A stretch of 64,000 nucleotides of DNA. Origin: Octopus sinensis (lineage: Eukaryota). Below the pieces are notes generated by a model. The model was not told where the DNA came from, ran no database searches, and saw only the letters and a list, made by a program, of their open reading frames with translations. The DNA is taken from the NCBI RefSeq assembly GCF_006345805.1, contig NC_043002.1:53320001-53384000 (forward strand). The letters run 5' to 3'. This document shows, in pieces, positions 1 to 13,490 of the stretch (the first letter of the stretch is position 1; the number at the start of each line of letters is the position of its first letter). Position numbers and translations under genes: made by a program.

Positions 1-434
1 TATGTAAATAAGCCAAGGTGTCCAAGCTCCAGCTTCTAATTAGTTTAAATTAATTAAACATAGAATCTAAGGGGAGTGAGTCTTGCCTTAATAGCAAAGT
101 AACAATTCCGGCATTGCTTCAATATTAGTAGACGTCATCAGCGAAACATTTTGTTACTGCTAGATCTTCAAACGACCTGAAGTATATATATTTTTGAATG
201 AATTAATGCAGCGTGGTGTTCTTAACTACTATATATGTATGTAGAACACTGCGTAAATTGGAATTACCTGAAGCACGTATGCTCTAGGTAACCCTTCAGT
301 TCCTTTATTTGAAAGCTTTTGCAGTGAAGATTGCAGACAATGTGAAAACATCCTATCTTTCTCTTAAGTAATTTTGCCATATGTTTTCTTGCACCAATGG
401 TATAATTTTGATATGAATTATGATTTTTTTTTGG

Positions 435-860
435 CCTAGATGTGTGGTAAGAAGCTTGCTTTCCAACCATATACTTTCGGGTCCATTCCCGATGTTTGAC
501 ATCTTGGGCAACTTCTAGTCTTCTACTAAATCACCAGCTCAATAAAAGCCTTGTGGGTGGATGTCGTAGATGGAAACTGAAAGAAACATGTATATGTGTG
601 TGTGTGCACGCGTGTATGTATGTCTGTATATACGTGTGAGTGTGTATGTGAGTGCGCGTGTGTGATTGTGTTTGTCCGCTACAACCTCTAGGCGACCGGT
701 ACTGGTTTGTTTGCGTCCGCATAACTTAGCAGTTCGGCGAAAGATCGATAGAATAAGTGTCAGGTTGAAAAATAAGCAGTTAGATCTATTCGACTAAATC
801 CTTCAATGTGGTGCCCCTGCATAGCCGTCGTCTAATGACTGAAGCAAGTAAAAGGTAAAA
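435..860 (+). mobile_element. tRNA-derived CORE-type SINE (octopus OR-like family), decayed
   Basis: Head TGTGTGGTAAGAAGCTTGCTT, central GGAAACTGAAAGAA, internal (TG)n and a 3' tail matching the copy at 41998-42415. Confidence 0.8.
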
Positions 861-1004
861 GTTATGTTGCAGTTCACTACATAAAACCAATCACATCGTT
901 TTACAGCATGACTATCACCGGTGACACTCCCGGTACTTGCGATACAGAACGAATATCATATTCATTCTATACAGCGGGAGATACCGGTAATACTACTTAA
1001 TGGT

Positions 1005-1225
1005 TTCAAATTTTGGCACAAGGACAGTAATATAGGGAGAGGGGCTAAGTCAGTTACATCGACCCCAGAGCTCAATTGCTCTTTATTTTATTGACTTCGA
1101 AAGGATGAAAAGCTAAGTCGACCTTGGCGGAATTTGAACTCAAAACCTAAGGACGGACAAAATGCTGCTAAGTACTTTGCCCGGCGTGCTAACGATTCTG
1201 CCAGCTCACCGTCTTGTAACACTAC
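1005..1225 (-). mobile_element. tRNA-derived SINE, third family (GTCGACT..CTTTCATCCTTTCG..GTCGATAAAAT core)
   Basis: Reverse complement of the copy at 12828-13042. Confidence 0.75.
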
Positions 1226-2020
1226 GTATTACAAATTGCCAAAATATATCGATTATATCTCAGTTTATGAATTTTTTTCATTTATTTGTGATTTTTTTTT
1301 CTACAGATTATTTCAATGTATATAGTAATATAAGCTTTAATGGCTTCTTTTCACAATAACATTTTCACGGAGGGTAGCTTGCACACTTCTTAGGTTTTAT
1401 TTCAGCGTCTATTTGATTCAAGTTCAAAAGCATCCGAGAAATACAAAGAAACATTTGTTCTGTACATTACCAAAAATGAAAACGATGTAGTTTGAACCAC
1501 AGCAATGTGAAGCACCATAAAAATATCACCATTAGGATTCGCCGGTGACCACCCTGGAATATTAAGCATTTAGCGTGCGGATTCACCGATGACTTTCTAG
1601 GTAAGCAAAATGTTACTCAAACAAAAATGTGAGTGAAAATCTTGTTACAAACTTCTACTGAAGATGATTATTCTCTCATGAGGGAAAATGTACTACTATT
1701 CATCGGCTCTCCCGTGTACTAGTAATTTAAATTGCTATAAATATCAGTTGCTTATCAGTAGATAGTGTTACTAGTCTTCCTGATCTGCATATAGTGGGTT
1801 AGTCGGCCACGGAGTTAATCATACAGTATACTTTTATATAGAACAACATAGCGTAAATCAGAATGCCTGTAACATTCCTCTGATTTATGTTTTTAATATG
1901 AATACATACTATTCAATTAAGTACATATAGATTTAACTGATTATATGTAAATCATGAAGACAGTGAGCGTTATATCTTATAATTCACTAACATTTAAAAT
2001 TATTTAAACTATACTGATTT

Positions 2021-2579
2021 GTGGAGGCGCGTGGCTTAGTGATTAGGGTGTCAGCATCATGATCGTAAGATTGTGGTTTCGATTCCTGGACCGGGCGACG
2101 CGTTGTGTTCATGAGCAAAACACTTCATTTCACGTTGCTCCAGTCCACTCAGCTGGCAAAAATGAGTAACGCTGCGATGGACTGGCGTCCCGTCCAGCTT
2201 AGGAACACATACGCCATTTAAACCGGGAAACCGGGCCCATGAGCCTGGCTAAGCTTTAAAAGGGCGCATTTGTGGAGGCGCAATGGCCCAGTGGTTAGGG
2301 CAGCGGACTCGCAGTCGGAGGATCGCGATTTCGATCTCCAGAGCGGGCGTTGTATGTGTTTATTGAGCAGAAACACCTAAAAGTTCAACAAAGCTCCAGC
2401 AGGGGTTGGTGGCGACACCTGTTGTATTCTTTCGCCACAACTTTCTCTCACTCTTCCTGTTTCTTGAGTAACGCTGCGATGGACTGGCGTCCCACCCAGC
2501 TGGGGGAGGGGCACATACGCCACAGAAACCAGGAAACCGGGCCCATGAGTTTGGCTAAGCTTGAAAAGGGCGAGAAAAA
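2021..2579 (+). mobile_element. Head-to-tail SINE dimer with flanking TSD
   Basis: Two tRNA-like heads (2021 and about 2272) share a GCTGCGATGGACTGGCGTCCC...GGGCCCATGAG tail. ATACTGATTT flanks the pair at 2011-2020 and 2580-2589. Confidence 0.75.
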
Positions 2580-3537
2580 ATACTGATTTAGGCAAATGTA
2601 AAATAAGGATGCAACCTTTTTAACGAGATTTGTAAGAGAATTCTGTAGGAGAATTCTCAGTTACGTTTATAGTTATTCAACAGAGCGATAACATGTTTTC
2701 AAATCATTTACAACCACTGCAACTAAGACATTTGAATAAATACCTGTAGATTTATCTATTTTGAACACATTTCCGTTATTCTGATTCAAGCAGTGTTCTA
2801 TGTAACTACATGTAGTAAACTCCCTCTATCACTAAAGAAAAGAAAATTTCTATTATATCTAAAAATGAATCATTGCTTCTCAAAATACAGTACATTATAA
2901 TTTACTGCATTTACAGTTCTTGAATTGTATTAGATGAATAAAATTTCTCTATTTAAATTATATCTTTATTTTTTCTTATTTCTCTCATTTCGACTATATT
3001 CAGAATTGCAGTGTTATTACTGATGTATATATATATAGAGAGAGAGTTTTAATGAGCTTCGTATGATGAAATGATAATTTAAGACGTGATAATCAGATAT
3101 CCGAATAACTCATTAATCCGGCAACCCTCCAGTCCCAGTGGTACGGACACGAGAAAATTTACTTTATTATTGAGCAATACTAATAATTTTTAACGTTAGC
3201 AGAAGGTTAAACATATGTCTAGGGTATGTGTAGGTCACAGGGAATTACGTGTAAACAACTGAAAAAAATAAAGCACTGAATAAGTAATAAAGGATACATT
3301 ATATGATAGAAACTTAGCTCGGTTTCGGTCAGTGTGTCTTAGACTGTGTCTAAATTAAGACTATGGTCTCTTCCCTCCTTCCACCCATAGTTTCTGATAT
3401 GCATAAATGAAGGGTAATGAACATTGAGTGTCCATGTAACAGCTTTCGAGGATTAAAGATGGTCTGGGATAAAGAACAAAATAGACAAGGCTTCCAACAG
3501 TGTGTCTGTGTGCGCGCAAGCATCTGTGCGTGGAAGT

Positions 3538-3599
<62 letters not shown>

Positions 3600-4689
3600 G
3601 TCTGTCGTAGATCCAGTGGAAATATATCCCAACTGTGGATGACATCAGGTAGCCCAAACTGTGAATGTGCTTTACTCAATACACTAATTAACCATTAATC
3701 CCCCCAAATCACACACACGCACACATACACACACATACACACACATACACACACGTTCACTCATTCACACACACACACATACACACACACACACACACTC
3801 ACATACACATATTAAAAACTAATGTTTATTACCGACAAAGTATTTATGTTTTTCTTTTAATATCTCATAAACAAACAGACTATAGATCAGCAAGCCACCG
3901 GATAAACTAATGTATGTATAATCAGAAAAGGTTGTAAAATCCATCTTCACTCTGAAGCTATATTGGATGTTCAAGTATCACACTAACATACCGGTTGACC
4001 ACGCATTTGAAACAAGAAACCTTACTTCAACAACACACATACAGTTGATAGAACGATTTTCTTATTTAGAATTCGCATAAAACGTAAAAGACTGGTTTGT
4101 GGAAACCATATTAATAGCAAAATCCAAACTTAACACAGATATAGTGCAACTTAGCAACAAATTCTGACCAGTCAGTATGGGTGAACTATTCTCTGATGGT
4201 TGAAAGGTACTTGACGTTGATAGACAAAGAAAATTCAAATTCAGCGACGATGAATCTGAAACAGACGCAACATTATCGTTGTTGTGCCTTTTGGTCTGCA
4301 ATGAAAATGGTAATAATAGAACAACACTAACAACCACTTCTTGCAGAAGATAAAACGAGGAGTTTTCAGAAGCATGAATGAAGCTAAGAACTTTATTGTT
4401 CCAAACAAAATATAAAAGACTAATAAGGAACAATGCAAAAATCCCTAAGAAAATACTGCACAGTTCTGCTTTTAATACAAAAAAAAAAATAATAAAAAAT
4501 AAAAATAAATAAAAAGGAAAGCCATACGCTGTACACGCACACACACACACGCTCTCTCTCATACACACACATACGTAGATGTGTATCTATTTATGTATGT
4601 ATATGTGTGTGTGTATATATCTATATATGGCGGTGCCCCAGCATGGCCACAGCTCGTGAGCTGAAACTAGATGAAATAAAAAAATAATA

Positions 4690-4736
<47 letters not shown>

Positions 4737-4847
4737 TGCATGTAATGTATTTTGTCTTTAAAACCACTCTCTTCAATCCATCCATCCATCCATCATCCAG
4801 CCAGGCAGTGCTGAAAACACATACATACATATATGCACGCACAGACA

Positions 4848-4904
<57 letters not shown>

Positions 4905-5597
4905 ACACACACACACACGTGTATACGATATAGCGACATGCAATGACAGCTTACCTGCATGCTCTGGAAACCAAAATTAGCAGATTATATGGTTGATATC
5001 CTCTAATCTTTACACACAAACAGATATACCAAGCACAAACCTATTTCAAGTACACAGTACGTATCTGCTTTTCATTTTCCATAGGATGATCATTTCCAGA
5101 GAAATCTTCCGAAATCTTTATTTATAATCAACAACAACTCACAAAAAAAAAAATCAAAAGCAATAAAAAATAACGGCAGTTTCACAACATTCAAAATTAA
5201 CGTTCCAATACAGACGTATAGTCTCTAACTTAAGCTGTGAAACATTCAAAAAGTATATCACAAAATGAAAACTCAGCGTAGCAAAGAAGTATGTCGCGGG
5301 AATAGTTTACGTATTATTGTCGAATTCTTTTTATTTAAATTTATAATTTATTTTTGTTAGGCCGCAAATGCGATAAAAAAACGCTCCATTCCTTTTTGTA
5401 CATTGCGAATCCTACCTAACTTTGAACTTACTTGTTACTTCGTAATACTTTTATGTTTTAGTTCTTCTCCTTTGCACGTTAGTAATGTCGTTTTACGTTA
5501 CATGGGCAGCCACAAAAAAGTTCTTATGAATAAATAAACTTTGCTACGTCTATTAAGTATTCTTTCACGAATTTGTGGCTCCAGTGTCACGCACACA

Positions 5598-5745
5598 GGT
5601 GTGCCTGTGTGGTAAGAAGCCACATGGTTTCAGGGTCCAGTCCCACTACGTGACACCTTGGGTAAATGTTTTCTACTATAGCACGGGGCCGACCAAAGCC
5701 TTGTGAGTGGATTTGCTAGACGGAAACTGAAAGAAGCTTGTCGTA
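5598..5745 (+). mobile_element. SINE 5' half (OR-like)
   Basis: Same head and centre as the 41998-42415 family. It ends in (TA)n, where the LINE is inserted. Confidence 0.75.
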
Positions 5746-5756
5746 TATATATATAT

Positions 5757-6872
5757 AGTAGTTGATGGAGTCCACTCAAGCCCAGCAAAAGTCACCAGCG
5801 GTGTCCCCCAGGGGACTGTCTTGGGTCCGCTACTCTTCATAATTTACATAAACGACCTTTCCAGTGTCGTACATTACTGCAAAGTGAAAATATTTGCTGA
5901 TGACACTAAGCTCCAGCAAATCGTCAATGAAAAAGCAGACCGAACTCAACTCCAGTCTGATCTATATGCTGTGAGTCAATGGGCAGACAGAAACAAAATG
6001 CAACTGAACGAGGTAAAATTTGAGCTGATGCATTTTGGAAGAAATTCCTCACTAAAACAGCCATACTCTCTTCCTTCAAGGGAACCGCTCACAGCCTCTA
6101 ACATTATCAGAGACCTGGGTGTAATTGTTGATGACGATCTCAGTTGGAGTGCACACATCAACAAGAAGGTCGATATAGCTCGTAGGATGAGTTCCTGGAT
6201 CTTAAGAACTTTCCGGTCCAGAGAACAAGGTGTCATCATACCACTTTCTCCTCCTTTGTACGGCCACACCTCGAATACTGCTGCCTACTGTGGTCTCCCC
6301 ATACAAGACGAAACATCACGAGGATTGAATCACCCCAGAGGGCACTCACTAAACGAATTGAAGGCATGGCTGCTCTCGATTATTGGAATCGCCTTAAAGC
6401 CTTGAAACTCTACTTTCTCCAGCGTCGCCGTGAGCGGTACATCATTTGTACGATGTGGAGAATATACCGCCAACTTTGCCCAAACGATCTGAACATTAGC
6501 TTCAAGGTTCATCAAAGACTGGGACCACGGTCCATACGTCCCCTGCCCAATTCAAGATCACAGCATACATGTACACTGCAACATAATTTCTTTTCCTCAA
6601 CAGGCCCTGCCCTATTTAACATTGTCCCGAAAGAGATCAAAGAGGAAAAGGATCCCATCAACTTTAAACGGAGTCTGGATAGATTCCTTCAAGAAATACC
6701 AGATAAGCCACCCATAATTGGATACAACTCACCCAACAAAAACTCACTACTTGAATGGACCATAAACAAAACTTGACTTAAACAGGATTCAAATAATCCT
6801 ATCAGGTGGTGCTATTAAGTTAGACATGGCCTGGACCAATCTTTGGTCGAAACATATCTAAGTTTATCTAGG
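5757..6872 (+). mobile_element. 5'-truncated CR1-clade LINE (RT C-terminus and 3' end), frameshifted
   Basis: SGVPQGTVLGPLLFIIYINDL...KIFADDTKL motifs, a CR1-like C-terminus (LKLYFLQRRRERYIICTMWRI) and a tandem ATCTAAGTTT/ATCTAGGTTT tail, embedded in (TA)n. Confidence 0.9.
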
Positions 6873-6876
6873 TTTA

Positions 6877-6940
<64 letters not shown>

Positions 6941-7211
6941 ACGGGAAGCTTTATGAAAATAGACAAAAGACGAGGCAGGTTTACGGAAATAAACAAAAGA
7001 CGAAGGCAGGTGGAATACAAACAAACAATTGTATTAGTATGGCACTCAGGAAATATAAATAAAACAAGTCTTTAACGTTCGAGCCTACGCTCTTCAACAG
7101 AAAGATACACAGAGAAGACACACAGAAAGAAGGAGAGAAAAAAACATATACATACATATCTATGTGTGAGTCTTTGTGTCTATGCTTGTACCCCCATCAC
7201 ACACACATATA

Positions 7212-7250
<39 letters not shown>

Positions 7251-7267
<17 letters not shown>

Positions 7268-7637
7268 CAGTCAATTGAGGACATAAACCTCTTATAGGGA
7301 TGGTTCCATCCAAGTTACACTGGTTTAATATATTATACTGTGAAGCGATATCTCTTTAATAAATATGTTATAAATATCCAATATCATTAAGCAAGTAACT
7401 AAACATACTTTCATTTACTTAGTCTGTTAGAATGTCTCAACCAATCAACTTTTAACTTCTGTACTGTCCTTTGGCCCTGATGATATTCCACTCAAAATCT
7501 GCAAAAAGCAAACATATTTTATTATAGGTTTTGTAATTTGTATTGAGCGTGAATTGAAACAATTGTAGGCAATGTTATTTATTAGTTAATTAATTAATTA
7601 ATTAATTTCATCTATTAAATCTCTCCATTTCTTGCTT

Positions 7638-7709
<72 letters not shown>

Positions 7710-8089
7710 CAGTCAATTGAGGACATAAACCTCTTATAGGGATGGTTCCATCCAAGTTACACTGGTTTAATATATTATACTGTGAAGCGATATCTCTTTA
7801 ATAAATATGTTATAAATATCCAATATCATTAAGCAAGTAACTAAACATACTTTCATTTACTTAGTCTGTTAGAATGTCTCAACCAATCAACTTTTAACTT
7901 CTGTACTGTCCTTGGCCCTGATGATATTCCACTCAAAATCTGCAAAAAGCAAACATATTTTATTATAGGTTTTGTAATTTGTATTGAGCGTGAATTGAAC
8001 AATTGTAGGCAATGTATTTATTAGTTAATTAATTAATAATTAATTTCATCTATTAAATCTCTCCATTTCTTGCTTAATAATATATATAT

Positions 8090-8095
<6 letters not shown>
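7251..8095. repeat. Near-identical tandem duplication of an about 440-bp unit
   Basis: CAGTCAATTGAGGACATAAACC...CTTGCTTAATAATATAT occurs at about 7268 and about 7709. The differences I see are small indels. Confidence 0.9.
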
Positions 8096-8143
<48 letters not shown>

Positions 8144-8391
8144 TACACGTATAGATATATGTGTACGCATGTGTGTATATGTGTATATGTATGTACGTGT
8201 GCATGTACTTAGATATATGTACTTATACGAAGACGAAAAAGGATTGGATATACTCTCTACTTGTGAAATCACTGTCTTTGTGAAACTAAGACTTATTTTG
8301 TTGACACCGTCCATCTTTCACTTTGCTATAATTAGATCCGTATCAGGTGTACACAATCAAAAAAAAAAAGAGAATAAAGGCGTAAGAAATA

Positions 8392-9661
8392 TGTTTCTTT
8401 ATTAGCCACACAGGGCTGCACACAGATAGAACAAATTACAAGGTAGAGCTTTTCTTTTGAAGGTTTAAAAAAAAAGAAAGAAAAAAAAAAAAAAAGGAAG
8501 GGGGAGTTTCGATCAAAAGGGATCGTAAAAGGAGAGAAAGAGGACAAAAAGAAGGGGGGGTTAAAAAAAAAAAAAAAAAATGGGGAAGAGGAAAAAAAAT
8601 TGATCAATAGGGATCGTTATCACAGAAATGTCAATATGAAGTGTAAAGGGGAGGACAGGTGAGGTTTACCCGTGGAAAGAAAAGCCTACGGAAAAGACCA
8701 CGGTAACCTCGGTCAATGAAGTCACATTTTATATTTCTTTTTTTTTTTTTTTTTTTGCAAATAAGCAACTCTCTGTTTTCGATTTCTGGGTTCATATGAC
8801 TATGCTCAAGGTGGCTTCGTCATTCATACGTGCCATTCTTGCTACATTCACCCATCTTTTTTTAAAACATTCGCTAGACAAAACTTGCCTCTCTACTCTC
8901 ACTTTCCTTTTCAAGTGGTACTTGAAGAAGTTGATGAGAGATTGACCAGAGAGGAAAGTGTTTGTCTCCAATCCTTTCAGACGCGTCCACCAGATACATT
9001 CTTTCGCCATAGCCACAAGGATGATGAAAATAGCTCTTCCTTCCCGTTGAAGGAAGGAGGCGTGACAATATTGACGATAGACTCAGCTGATAAACCGACT
9101 CGTCCCACACTTGACAGCAGTTGTTCGACATAAGCCCACAGGTCGGAAATTGTTGGACACTGAACGAGTGCGTGCAGAACGGTTTCGTCGCTCTGACCGC
9201 ATCTCGGGCAGGTCGGCCCCGTGTTTCTCGAGCCGTGTCTGTAGAGCTTATCCCAAACGGGTAGCGCTTCTCGGTAGCACTGCCAGGCCAGGGATCTCTG
9301 GAAGTTGTCCATGGGCCCTGGCCCGAAAGTCGTCCCGAACAGGCGGGTCAGGTACTCCTCGTCGACGTCCAGGTTCGCCCCGAGCTCGTCGTCGTACCTC
9401 CCCTCCACTAAACCCCTATAGAATGCTTTGGTTGTGTTGAAGTCACTTAAGGTCGACCCAGGACGGCAGAGTTGCTTGAGAGCAACGCGACACTCGCGGT
9501 GCCATTCGCCCTTCCTCGGCCTCTTTTTGATCCACGACTGCAGTTCGGTCATGGAGACGAGCTGCGGGAAAGCGTGCCTCACAAACGGCGACCACACCTG
9601 TTCACCGTCGTCTACATAGAGCCAGAGATGTCGCAGTCTCAGCGCGTGTCTGCGCATCATC
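8392..9661 (-). mobile_element. 5'-truncated L1/Tx1-clade LINE with 16-bp TSD
   Basis: zf-RVT-like CPRCGQSDETVLHALVQC in ORF 8977-9663, continuing by frameshift to 8792. AAAGGCGTAAGAAATA flanks it at 8376-8391 and 9662-9677. Confidence 0.9.
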
Positions 9662-9674
9662 AAAGGCGTAAGAA

Positions 9675-9778
<104 letters not shown>

Positions 9779-10955
9779 ATGATACAGTGAGCGAAAGAAA
9801 ATATTGCAAGTTGTAAGCTTGGAGAAAGCGAGAATACTAATCTGAAAATAGCAACTATTTAAACAAAATGTAATCAACTATACATCAGTAAGTTTACAAT
9901 ATCAACTTCACATCGACAACCCGCTTCCCATAATATAATTAAGCAGAACCTGCTAACTTGTCAATATGTTATTAATAGCTGGTCAGATCATGTTTCAGTC
10001 AGCGAGTTACCATAACTGATGATACGTTATGCAGTATACTAAAGCTGTATGTAATATAGTTCACAGTCTGAAACATTTGAATAACAACGTTTTTCTGATA
10101 CATATATTCCTAAAACTTACGCATAAAATAACGATAAATAATAGCATAGATTATTGGAAGGCTTATTTGATACGACGTTTCACATACATCAGCTGTGTTG
10201 TAACTAACTTTTAGAATTAGTCAATCGATTACAGTATTCCCAGAAATGCGTTGAATATCGACAAAAATAAGGAAAGAAAAATTATCAACCTCTTCATACA
10301 AAACCTTGTCCACTTCACTTTATGGTAGTGAGGCATGGAATAACATGACATGAGTTTGCAGAGAGTCTAAATATTGCTTCACCAACCATGTTTGCTCAGA
10401 ATGATTTTAATGCTGATCATGTTATTAATAGAGAGTTTGATTGTAAAGCATGTAAGCTTACAGTAGATTCTGAAAGTTGGTTTATGGAAAAGGAGAAGAA
10501 ATAAAAAAAAAAAGCTTGGCATAAAATATTATCAAATAATCTTCATTTATGTTCGTTCTTGTTGGTTAGTGGTAGAACTTATTGCTGTCGGCCGTTGGAG
10601 AGGCCTTAAAAATACCTTGCTGCTCAAAGTCTTTAGTGAAACACAAAAAGCTGAATCATATTTACAGTCGAATGTCACACATAATAGATTTTGGAGGCAA
10701 GACTTCGAACCAAGAAGTATCGAAGGAAACTTAGCAAAGCCTAAAGTTTTAGTTAACAGAATAGAATACAGAATCCTACTGAAATGAGACAAAAGGCCGT
10801 GCTCGAAATTCAGAAACATGTCTGGTTGAAACCTACACAACGTAGCCAGCCAAACAATCTGTAGTAGGTGCACAATAGGTGTTATGTGTTTGGAAGCAGA
10901 CTATCATAAAATGACCATATAACAGGTGGACAGAAGCAGGAGAAGTTAACAGTTT

Positions 10956-11035
10956 TGTTACCCACGTTCCCTATTAAAAGTGGAAGTGGCTGTCCTGTTA
11001 CCCACGTTCCCTATTAAAAGTGGAAGTGGCTGTCC
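10956..11035. repeat. Exact 40-bp tandem duplication
   Basis: TGTTACCCACGTTCCCTATTAAAAGTGGAAGTGGCTGTCC x2. Confidence 0.9.
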
Positions 11036-11483
11036 AGAATCACCACAGCAAGGACGAAGTGAAAAATATCGAAGCGTTTTTATCTGTGTTGATGCCAAAT
11101 GTATTCTGCATCCAATTTTATGATGCTTGTATACAAAGGGCAGTAGTGTAGGTAGTATGCAGTAAATTAAAAATGCGGGAGATTCGTAAAGGGTGAAAAT
11201 TAAAGCAGTGCGCATGCTCCACCAGACACATATTTCAGTGTTCAGAAACAATGTTGTCCAAAGCAAAAGGATTTGAACTTCGATCAAAGAGAGATGGCAA
11301 CAAATAAATCAGATATCCAACCCAATTTTCTAGTAACAACCGACTCAGCATGATTCGTATTTTGTTAAAAACCAAATTACAAATAGGAAATGCAAAAAAA
11401 TCATGTACCATAGGAAATTAGTTTAATTCTCTTGTACGAGTGTCGCGTGATTTGTCAGCTGCTCTTTCCATTTCATTTTCTAG

Positions 11484-11537
<54 letters not shown>

Positions 11538-12109
11538 GTGTGTATGTATGCGCGCGCGTGTGTGTATGTATGTGTGTGTATACACACACATATAAGTACA
11601 AACACGTATATTTATATGTGCGTATTTAATCTATCTGCCTACATGTGAGTATATGTGTGTCTCTGTGTGTGAGTGTGTGTGGTGTGTGTGTGTGTGTGTG
11701 TGTTTGTGTGTTTGTATGTTTGTGCGTGTGTGTGTATATACCTATTTATGTACCTACCTATATATCTACCTATACAACAGTACTCATCTAGTATTCTTTT
11801 ACACTTTTCCTGTTGTTCGTCAAATACATTTGTGTTCTTCAATTTTTCCACCCACCTCACTTCTTCTTCCTCCTCCTTCTCTCGCCGTGTTTATATATTT
11901 CTTTCTAATTGTCTTCTCTCTTTGTCAATTGTCATCCATTCTTTCTCTTCTTACACACCTCCAGCCATACCATATATTTTTTTATTACTGTTTCCTTTCA
12001 TGAATTTCTTTCCTATCATGCCCCGAGTGTAGTGACTCTTTTGCTACCAACTCGCAAATTCACACATCCGATTCTACTTGCTTTTCGATCTACACACATA
12101 CACACACAC

Positions 12110-12149
<40 letters not shown>

Positions 12150-12334
12150 CACACACACACACACACACGCACACACACACACACAAACCCACACACACAC
12201 ACACACACACTCACACACACAGATGTACGCATAAATTTTGTAAACAGGATGATTAGTCGCTGTTCTGTGATTTTGAGTAAAATACTGGCGATCAATATGT
12301 ACAGATATGCCAAGATATATACATATATATATAT

Positions 12335-12386
<52 letters not shown>

Positions 12387-12430
12387 GTATGTATTGCTTG
12401 CCTGTATTTAATTCCGTACTATAATCTTAC

Positions 12431-12536
12431 ATTCCTATACAAGCACTTGGATACACCGAACGTTGCTCCTGAAGCAAAAATCAAGATGTCATCGTAACAC
12501 ACGACGTATGACGTCACCGGTGATTTGTCACTCGAC
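12431..12536 (-). other. Candidate exon (possibly non-coding)
   Basis: Acceptor ttattatctcttttcag| and donor |gtaaga. One open frame: SSDKSPVTSYVVCYDDILIFASGATFGVSKCLYRN. No homology recognised. Confidence 0.35.
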
Positions 12537-12827
12537 CTGAAAAGAGATAATAACAATTTTAAACTGCATTCGTAAGTTGTTAGTAGCCTTCTCATTTCGT
12601 TCATTATTAGTTTTGATTTCTTTGTGATATATTTTATTTCTCAACGAAACACAAATGAGAACGCCTTGTGCCGACCTCTCGCCACCATTTTGTTTAATCA
12701 CTTCAATAACTACGACAAAATTCCGATGAAGATCGTTATGTCCAAATTACTGAATATTAGCGTGGAACTATGAAACGGAGGCAGTCACATGCAATACATT
12801 TTGAATTCTAGTATATGTACATATTAA

Positions 12828-13042
12828 GGCGGCGAGCTGGCAGAGTCGTTAACACGCCGGGCAGAACGCTTAGCGGCATTTCGTCCGTCTGCATGTTCTG
12901 AGTTCGAATTTCACCGAAGCTGACTATGCTTTTAATCCTTTTCGGGCCGATAAAATAAATACAGTTGGACATTGGGTTCGATGTAATCGATTTACACGCT
13001 CTCCCGAAATTCCTGGCCTTGTACCAAAATTGGGAAACAATA
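12828..13042 (+). mobile_element. tRNA-derived SINE, third family
   Basis: Head GGCGGCGAGCTGGCAGAGTCGTTAAC, B-box-like GAGTTCGAATT, conserved core and GGCCTTGTACCAAAATT tail. Confidence 0.8.
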
Positions 13043-13430
13043 TATGTATACATGAATGCGCCTGACTTAGTGATTACATATTTGGTTCTAAAGTCGTAAA
13101 GTCGATTTCCGGCAGCCCGTTGTGTCTTCGTGCAAGATACCTTATTTCACGTTGCTCAGCAGGCAAAAATGAGTTGTACTTGCAATTCAAATGGCCAGTT
13201 CTGTCTCATTCTGTGCTACGCCGAATCTCTTCGAGAAGACAGCAGCCAAGTAGCTATAGAAAACATGGTGCTACTAATTTGGATACCGTAATCGTTAACA
13301 CTCTGTTTAATAACAGGGGCCCGTCAAGGGGCATCTCAGTCTGCACACTATCAAGGTATGATGTATGTAGTCTATATGGTGCATCTATAAACAGGGTTAA
13401 CTTAGCTGTTTCTCCACAGACTCAAAAAAT

Positions 13431-13490
13431 GATGAACAACCTTAATCGATTTTCGAATCTTATTATATTCTCATCAGAGGCGTCTACATC
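13431..13490 (-). ncRNA. Type I hammerhead ribozyme (predicted self-cleaving RNA)
   Basis: Minus strand reads GAUG-UA-GACGCCU CUGAUGA GAAU-auaauaag-AUUC GAA A-A-UCGA-U-U A AGGU-U-GUU-CAUC. It has an intact catalytic core, a 4-bp stem II closed by G-C, a palindromic stem III (AAUCGAUU), a UUA cleavage triplet and a bulged stem I. Confidence 0.8.

Noticed and set aside
245-1600. Plus-strand exon chain 245-287, 907-985, 1406-1600
   Set aside because: It is phase-compatible but stops almost at once, has no recognisable product, and equally plausible sites exist on the minus strand.
4062-4568. 168-aa minus ORF with Ig-like GQNLLLSC
   Set aside because: It starts in a microsatellite and its composition looks like an antisense frame. 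The plus frame has several stops and no identifiable family.
10560-11330. Possible decayed LINE or other coding relic
   Set aside because: No diagnostic motif could be read with confidence.
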